A program made the position numbers and the translations under genes. Below, one piece after another: positions 58,485 to 64,000 of a DNA stretch of 64,000 bases. Within the stretch, counting starts at the first letter, position 1; the number at the start of each line of letters is the position of its first letter. Location of the stretch: contig JAWCKZ010000004.1 in NCBI GenBank assembly GCA_038851325.1, forward strand, positions 1 through 64,000. Reading direction: 5' to 3'. The notes under the pieces are model-generated. The model had not been told where the DNA came from, searched no databases, and saw nothing but the letters and a program-made list of their open reading frames with translations. The DNA comes from Candidatus Bilamarchaeaceae archaeon (GTDB lineage Archaea > Micrarchaeota > Micrarchaeia > Anstonellales > Bilamarchaeaceae).

Positions 58485-58655
58485 CGCCCTCACGGGGATT
58501 TTCACCAGAGGAGAAAGTCCTCAGGGCTTTTGACCAAGCCCTTTACTTTTGCCCTATGAAAGGGAGGAGTCAAAAGTAATGGGTTCGAACCCCGGTCACA
58601 GGCTCCGGAAGCCTGTGTCCTTTCTGGCATCCAATCCAGGCTAGACCATGAGGGC
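58485..58655 (-). tRNA. tRNA-Arg(CCG) with two non-canonical introns: D-loop 58622-58633 and T-loop 59/60 at 58499-58583
   Basis: Removing the 12- and 85-nt introns gives a 74-nt cloverleaf; both junctions form BHB-type motifs. Confidence 0.92.
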
Positions 58656-58794
58656 ATCTTAGATTTTTCGCATCTTTGGTTTAAAACCTTTTATGAGCAA
58701 CCGCCTCAAAAGGCCAAACGAAGGATGGTGCTGCTATGAAAATAGAGTGACATAGTGAAAAGGCTTAAATATCTTACATGATTAGGTGTAGAAT

Positions 58795-60582
58795 ATGGCG
58801 GCAATATCAATTTCTAATAGACTTAATGCTCTCTCTGGCCCTTGCTGCTTAACAGACACAAAATCAATCAATAAAGACATGCGTAAGGCAAAACTAAGCA
58901 CGCTCGAAGAGAGGATATACCGAATTGCCGAAACCAAGAATATCAGAAACGATGTAGAGGGCATAATAAAGGCATTCAATATGACAGGAAATAACTACCA
59001 TCAGTTTTTTAGAAAAAGACTGCTCGAAGCGCTACAGAGTGGAGCGCTTGAAAAGCCTGAACAAAGAAGGGCGCTCTTAACGCTCATAAGAGAAAACCCT
59101 GAAGCAGCGGATTCCATGCCTCGTGTTCTTACGAGAGAAAAAAACTTTCTTGGAGAATGTTATAACGCGCTTAATGAAAGTCAGATAGGAAGAGCAGTAA
59201 GGCTTGCGCGTAACAGAAGCCCAACCAACTGCCCGGAAGATATATCGAATACCATGGAGGGTATGATCAGAGAGGGCGCATTTGACGACATATCCGTAAT
59301 AAGAGAAACAAGGTTAAGACTTCAAAACGCGTCTCTGGAGACCCCAGCATTTCAACTATCGCAAGCGACCATTGCTAATTTAAATGGCGAAAACTTAGTA
59401 GCTTCTTATCTTTCGGGTTATTCGGCTGTTAAAACTGAACCTAAAACTAATTGTATAAGCGAGAGCAACGCAGAAAGAAATGCATTTACATTTGTTGACC
59501 AATTTAGCTCGATACAACACTTTCTAAATTTTAGGTTACTAAATTTACTAAGGGAGCGATTTGCAAGAAAGCGGGATCAAAGTTGCATTCTTCTGAGTGA
59601 GCACGAGGTAAATGAGACGTCTAATTTTCTACTAAAAATGTTCAACCACCCGCTCACTAAAAATAGTTTGCTTTACGAACAAAATGCAACAGGCAAAAAC
59701 GCAGAAAAAATTGTTGAAATACTTTCCACGCGAAAGCTTTCCGCGCCTAATGCCAAAAAAAGCATGGCGCTGGTTAGGTTTGGAACCACTGACATAGGTT
59801 TAAGCAATTATCTTTGGACATCCTCTAAGAAACTTGAAGAAAAAAAACCTTTGCACGATGCTAAAAAGACATACGGAACAAATGGTTTTGAATGGAAACC
59901 AAAAGAAGAAAAAGAAAGGAGCAAGCATGCTGAAAAGAGTAAGCACGCTGAATTAAGGAGTAAGCCTTACAAGCAGAATAAACCAATATATAAAAAGCTT
60001 GAAAAAGAAAGTTGGATCAAAAAGCCGAAATTGACAACCGCAAAGAGAGCACCAAAGAAAAAGCCCTTCAAGAGTGAGAGATCTGATGATGAAAAAGACA
60101 GAACAAAATTTATGAAGAAGGCAAAAGGGGTCAAGAAGATTTTGAGCAGCATAAAAAGGGAAAAGGCAAAAAAGGCGCTTTTATCAATGAAGAACTCACT
60201 TAGGAAAATAAAAGAAGAATTAAGAAAAATATCGAACCTGCTAAAGGCAATGGCGGTTATAACCAATTACAAAAACAGAACTGTTAAAACACATTACAAA
60301 AAAATAGAGAGGGAAACAAAAAAGATTGCGGACCGCGCTGTCTACACAAAAGAACCAAAAAATGTAAAAGACGCCAAAAAAATAAGAAAATTAATTAGGG
60401 TAGAGGATGAGATAAAACTTGCCAAAGACATGATAAAAAAATTAAATAATAAAAAATCAAATCATGCTGTGCGTTATCATATTTTCGACTTCTTTAAAAC
60501 GCCTTCTTCTGATGCTCGAACAAGAGTTTTGCGCAACAGCAAAATGAAGAACGCATGCGCCTACACTAGAAAGCCTAGCTAA
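58795..60582 (+). CDS. hypothetical protein with a very basic C-terminal half
   Basis: 595-aa ORF; AGGTG RBS. Confidence 0.65.
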   Translation: MAAISISNRLNALSGPCCLTDTKSINKDMRKAKLSTLEERIYRIAETKNIRNDVEGIIKAFNMTGNNYHQFFRKRLLEALQSGALEKPEQRRALLTLIRENPEAADSMPRVLTREKNFLGECYNALNESQIGRAVRLARNRSPTNCPEDISNTMEGMIREGAFDDISVIRETRLRLQNASLETPAFQLSQATIANLNGENLVASYLSGYSAVKTEPKTNCISESNAERNAFTFVDQFSSIQHFLNFRLLNLLRERFARKRDQSCILLSEHEVNETSNFLLKMFNHPLTKNSLLYEQNATGKNAEKIVEILSTRKLSAPNAKKSMALVRFGTTDIGLSNYLWTSSKKLEEKKPLHDAKKTYGTNGFEWKPKEEKERSKHAEKSKHAELRSKPYKQNKPIYKKLEKESWIKKPKLTTAKRAPKKKPFKSERSDDEKDRTKFMKKAKGVKKILSSIKREKAKKALLSMKNSLRKIKEELRKISNLLKAMAVITNYKNRTVKTHYKKIERETKKIADRAVYTKEPKNVKDAKKIRKLIRVEDEIKLAKDMIKKLNNKKSNHAVRYHIFDFFKTPSSDARTRVLRNSKMKNACAYTRKPS

Positions 60583-60636
60583 TACGTATAAGATATATCT
60601 TTACCTGCTTATAATTTTTCATTTCTGCATAATGAT

Positions 60637-60834
60637 TCATGAATTAAGACAAGTCAGGGATTTCTTGAACTCTTCGTACTCTTCTACGGTATCTTCGCCA
60701 GCCTTTACTAGACACTCTAAAAAACAGACTCTATCAGCAAGCTGCTTTACACCGCTTTTTCTTATTTCAGGGTCGCTATCTTTTATCATCTTAGAAAATG
60801 TTTCAAATGGGTAAATGTTTGGACACCAGCGCAA
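60637..60834 (-). CDS. short HEAT-like ORF, possibly a gene fragment
   Basis: KDSDPEIRKSGV..L HEAT-like motif. Confidence 0.3.
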   Translation of the reverse strand: MRWCPNIYPFETFSKMIKDSDPEIRKSGVKQLADRVCFLECLVKAGEDTVEEYEEFKKSLTCLNS

Positions 60835-60862
60835 TGTAAAAGAATGGCTGGCCTATTGAGCG

Positions 60863-61906
60863 CTATTTCTTCACAAGAAAATCTAACACGACTTGAACGA
60901 CCTTCGGCGCGTATGGCCTAACTATTCTCCTGTTTTTTATTTCTACAGCAAGTTTTGCCCTTCTCGCCTCCTCAAAAATTCTTTTTTCTATTCCTTCATA
61001 CGGATTCTCAATAGGACCGAAGGCATATATGTGTACAACACAACCATTTTTCGCTCCTGCAAACGCAACATCCAGGAATTGATCCGCACTCCTGGGCAAT
61101 GGCATTAGGATACGATCAGCGAAGTCTTTATACTTGCTTAGCACAATCGCTCGCGCATCGCCCATCTCTACGATAATATTTTTTATTTTGTTTAATTTTA
61201 TGTTTTCTTTCATGTACCTCACAGCCGCAGGGTTGAGTTCAATAGCCACTACATTGGCGCTGGGCTGTGACTTTGCAATAATAAGAGGGAACGGGCCTAC
61301 ACCAGCAAAGAGTGCAAGGATGCGCTCTCCTGGTTTAACAAGCTCTGCTATTCTCTTTCGTTCATGACTTAAACGAACCGAGAAATAGACTTTCGCGACA
61401 TCAAGCCGCATACGGCACCCGTGCTCTGTATGCAACGTCTCTGTTCTGTTCTCTCCAGCTATTATCTTTAACGGGCGAACACGAAACTCGCTTTCTACTT
61501 TGCCGCACTTCCTCGCTACAACCTTGATGCGCTTATTTGCCTTTAAGATTGCATTAGCTATTTCGCTCTCTTTGTGTTGTAACTCCTCTGGTATTTCTAT
61601 GATAGCGATATCCCCAACAACATCATATGAAGTAATCAAATTCTTAAGCTCCTCTTGAGTTAGAACACCAGAAAGAAGAACGCGTAGCTTCGCTCCGCGT
61701 TCTATCTTCTCTCCTTCCATCTCGACCGTGCTATAACCCTTTACGGGTTGTGTAACTGGAAAGTAAACAAAAGTTTCATCATGAAAGGCCTTGTAGTCCT
61801 TGACATAAAGACCTTCCGCAGTAAGCATCTGTTTTGCTCTCTCAGCCTCTTTCTTAGGCACCTTTATAAAAAGCATTCCAACACGCCTCAACACGCCCTG
61901 ACCCAT
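60863..61906 (-). CDS. Trm5/TYW2-family tRNA methyltransferase
   Basis: SYDVVGDIAI, VYFS.RL..ER, FAGVGPF, ELNP, MPLP; start may be 61876. Confidence 0.92.
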   Translation of the reverse strand: MGQGVLRRVGMLFIKVPKKEAERAKQMLTAEGLYVKDYKAFHDETFVYFPVTQPVKGYSTVEMEGEKIERGAKLRVLLSGVLTQEELKNLITSYDVVGDIAIIEIPEELQHKESEIANAILKANKRIKVVARKCGKVESEFRVRPLKIIAGENRTETLHTEHGCRMRLDVAKVYFSVRLSHERKRIAELVKPGERILALFAGVGPFPLIIAKSQPSANVVAIELNPAAVRYMKENIKLNKIKNIIVEMGDARAIVLSKYKDFADRILMPLPRSADQFLDVAFAGAKNGCVVHIYAFGPIENPYEGIEKRIFEEARRAKLAVEIKNRRIVRPYAPKVVQVVLDFLVKK

Positions 61907-61987
61907 TTGAGAGTAGTCTTTTAAAACACTCTCTTATATCTAACTAACAAAAGGAATAAAAAAGGATTAAAAACAAAAGGGGTACTT

Positions 61988-62461
61988 ATGGAAAAGATAA
62001 TCAACGCCATAGTAGATGGAGGAAAAGCAACAGCTGGTCCGCCACTTGGTCCTGCTCTTGGTCCGCTTGGCATAAACGCAGGACAGGTGGTGACAAAGAT
62101 AAACGAGGAGACCAAGGCATTCGCAGGCATGAAGGTGCCGGTAAAGGTTATAGTGAACACTGAGACAAAGACGTTTAAGATAGAGATTGGCACACCACCT
62201 ACAGCAGAACTACTCAAAAGGGCTGCGAAGATAGAGAAAGGTGCTGGAACAAGAGAAAACTGGGCTGGTGAGGTAACGCTTCAACAAGTCATCGAAATCG
62301 CAAAATCAAAAACAAGTTCGCTCGGAAAGACGGTAAAGGATAGAGCAAAGGAAGTATGCGGAAGCTGTACGAGCATTGGAATAAAGATAGATGGAAAGAA
62401 TCCAAAAGAAATCATCAAGGAAATAAACGAGGGAAAACACGATTCGCTCTTTACGAGTTGA
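61988..62461 (+). CDS. rpl11: 50S ribosomal protein L11
   Basis: GGKATAGPPLGPALGPLG; GMKVPV. Confidence 0.97.
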   Translation: MEKIINAIVDGGKATAGPPLGPALGPLGINAGQVVTKINEETKAFAGMKVPVKVIVNTETKTFKIEIGTPPTAELLKRAAKIEKGAGTRENWAGEVTLQQVIEIAKSKTSSLGKTVKDRAKEVCGSCTSIGIKIDGKNPKEIIKEINEGKHDSLFTS

Positions 62462-62465
62462 ATGT

Positions 62466-64000
62466 ATGGGAAGGAAGTACTTTCTGTGGGTATATCTCTT
62501 TCTGCTCCTTTCCTCTCTCTCTTTTTCCGCCCTTGCATGGGAGCAGAATGTAGGGGGAAAGCAGACGACAGAACCAATAATGTTTCATGATAAAATAGCG
62601 ATCGCTTCATCGGATGATAAGGTTTATCTCATCGAGCCGACCAACGGAAAGGTTGTGTGGAAAACGCCTGTGGAAGATGCTATCCAGCTCATAGAATACG
62701 GTGGAAAACTCATAGTGTTTGGAAGAAACGGAAAAGTGACCGCCATTGATCGGGATGGAAAGAACGCATGGACCTATGATTTTGGTCAGTTTAATGTAAC
62801 GACACTATACGGTGCCGGAAAGAATTCAAAAGGAATGTATGTTGCAACAGACAAAGGAATCTTCAGACTGGTAGAGAACAACGCAATTCAGATTTATTCA
62901 AAAAATGATAGTTATACACGACCGGCTGTTGAGGAGAGTTTCATTATCTTCGGTGTTGGAAAGAACATAGCAAAGATAGATCTAAACGGGAACGTTCTTT
63001 GGACGAGGGAACTCGATAAACCTATTTGGAAATCGTATCCTATCGTATCGGGACAGGCGGTTTATTTTGGCGCACTCGACAACAAATTTTATGCGTTTAC
63101 AATCTCTGGGGGGCACAAGATATGGGAGGTAGTAACTGGCGGATGGATTATAGCCCCTGCAATCATAGATAGAGGTATAGTATACTTTGCAAGCAACGAC
63201 GGTTATTTGTATGCTGCAAATAGCGAGAGCGGTTCTCTCTTATGGAAGAAAAGAATTGGTACAGCGGTCATGAGTGGGTTGAACTCTGGAATTATCGGGG
63301 ACAAGAGCGCGGTATTTGCAGGTGGAACAGACGGGACCGTACGCGCACTGAGTGAAGATAATGGCAAGTTTCTATGGGAGGCTACAGCAATGAGTAGGGT
63401 TGGAAAACCCATAATTTACAGAGACCTCCTAATATTCGGTTCTGATGATGGTTATACCTACGCCTATAATATGGAACGTACCTGTTCTATTCAATCCCCC
63501 AGCAACGGTGAACGGTTTGGATACAAAGAAGTAGTTATAAGCGGAACATCTGTATCAAGAGTCGGCGAACAGCGTGTATTTATAAGCATAAACAACGGCG
63601 AATGGATAGAAACTATAGCCTCAGAAGAAGAGGGCACATGGGCGTATTATCTAAATCCGCAAACCGAACTTAATGAAGGTATGAACACTATATCCTGCAA
63701 GGTCATTGACATGGGAGGAGAGGAAAGTGGGGTTGCGTATCCCACTGTTAATGTTATTCGCGATTCAACAATCCCGCTTGATTCTTTTACAATCATACCT
63801 TTTCCAAGCAAACCCCTCGAAGGAGAGCCGTTTGTTGTATTTGTAAACAGCAACTCTGATGGATTGCCGGTTAACAGGTTTACCCTAAGAATAAAAGAAA
63901 CTGGCAATGAATATACCGGGGATAAAAACATAACTCTCAGAATCAACACAGCCGGAAGATACACCATAGAAGTAACAAAGATTGGATATAATAAAGGTGT
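62466..64000 (+). CDS. secreted PQQ-like (BamB-type) beta-propeller protein, truncated by the window end
   Basis: Manual translation MGRKYFLWVYLFLLL... signal peptide, then repeated D..(L/V)YA....G...W blades. Confidence 0.85.
   Translation, partial: MGRKYFLWVYLFLLLSSLSFSALAWEQNVGGKQTTEPIMFHDKIAIASSDDKVYLIEPTNGKVVWKTPVEDAIQLIEYGGKLIVFGRNGKVTAIDRDGKNAWTYDFGQFNVTTLYGAGKNSKGMYVATDKGIFRLVENNAIQIYSKNDSYTRPAVEESFIIFGVGKNIAKIDLNGNVLWTRELDKPIWKSYPIVSGQAVYFGALDNKFYAFTISGGHKIWEVVTGGWIIAPAIIDRGIVYFASNDGYLYAANSESGSLLWKKRIGTAVMSGLNSGIIGDKSAVFAGGTDGTVRALSEDNGKFLWEATAMSRVGKPIIYRDLLIFGSDDGYTYAYNMERTCSIQSPSNGERFGYKEVVISGTSVSRVGEQRVFISINNGEWIETIASEEEGTWAYYLNPQTELNEGMNTISCKVIDMGGEESGVAYPTVNVIRDSTIPLDSFTIIPFPSKPLEGEPFVVFVNSNSDGLPVNRFTLRIKETGNEYTGDKNITLRINTAGRYTIEVTKIGYNKG

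Noticed and set aside
58508..58520. GAGGAGAAAGTCC on the plus strand resembles the RNase P RNA CR-I motif
   Set aside because: It is the antisense of a hairpin in the tRNA-Arg intron, and no matching P4 partner or other conserved regions were found
56000..60850. Integrated element at tRNA-Arg
   Set aside because: No integrase and no duplicated tRNA 3' end was seen

Overview
Gene-dense archaeal chromosomal window: MCM, GINS, Hjc, aIF2-alpha, Nop10, Cbf5, Dph5, eL14/eL42/eS27, archaeal LeuRS/GluRS/TyrS, and intron-containing tRNAs with BHB motifs. Many Cys-rich surface proteins, HEAT-like orphans and broken ribosomal operons suggest a DPANN lineage, possibly Micrarchaeota (inference, not tested). 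No CRISPR array, rRNA, integrase or intact transposase was seen. The most notable items are: (1) a ~215-nt, apparently pseudoknotted RNA with its own TATA box on the minus strand (53645-53862), directly upstream of a tiny Cys/Lys-rich ORF; (2) a 545-aa orphan with two divergent GGDEF/palm-like motif sets (7015-8652); (3) tRNA-Arg(CCG) with two non-canonical introns, one of them an 85-nt multi-hairpin; (4) a divergently oriented PIN nuclease and stand-alone RNA ligase; (5) a DHS-like/pdaD/speB polyamine operon and a bacterial-type metK; (6) an attC-like hairpin, an IS5-like transposase relic beside a C25-like peptidase, and several small genes missed by the ORF track. All family calls come from motif recognition by eye; no database searches were run.
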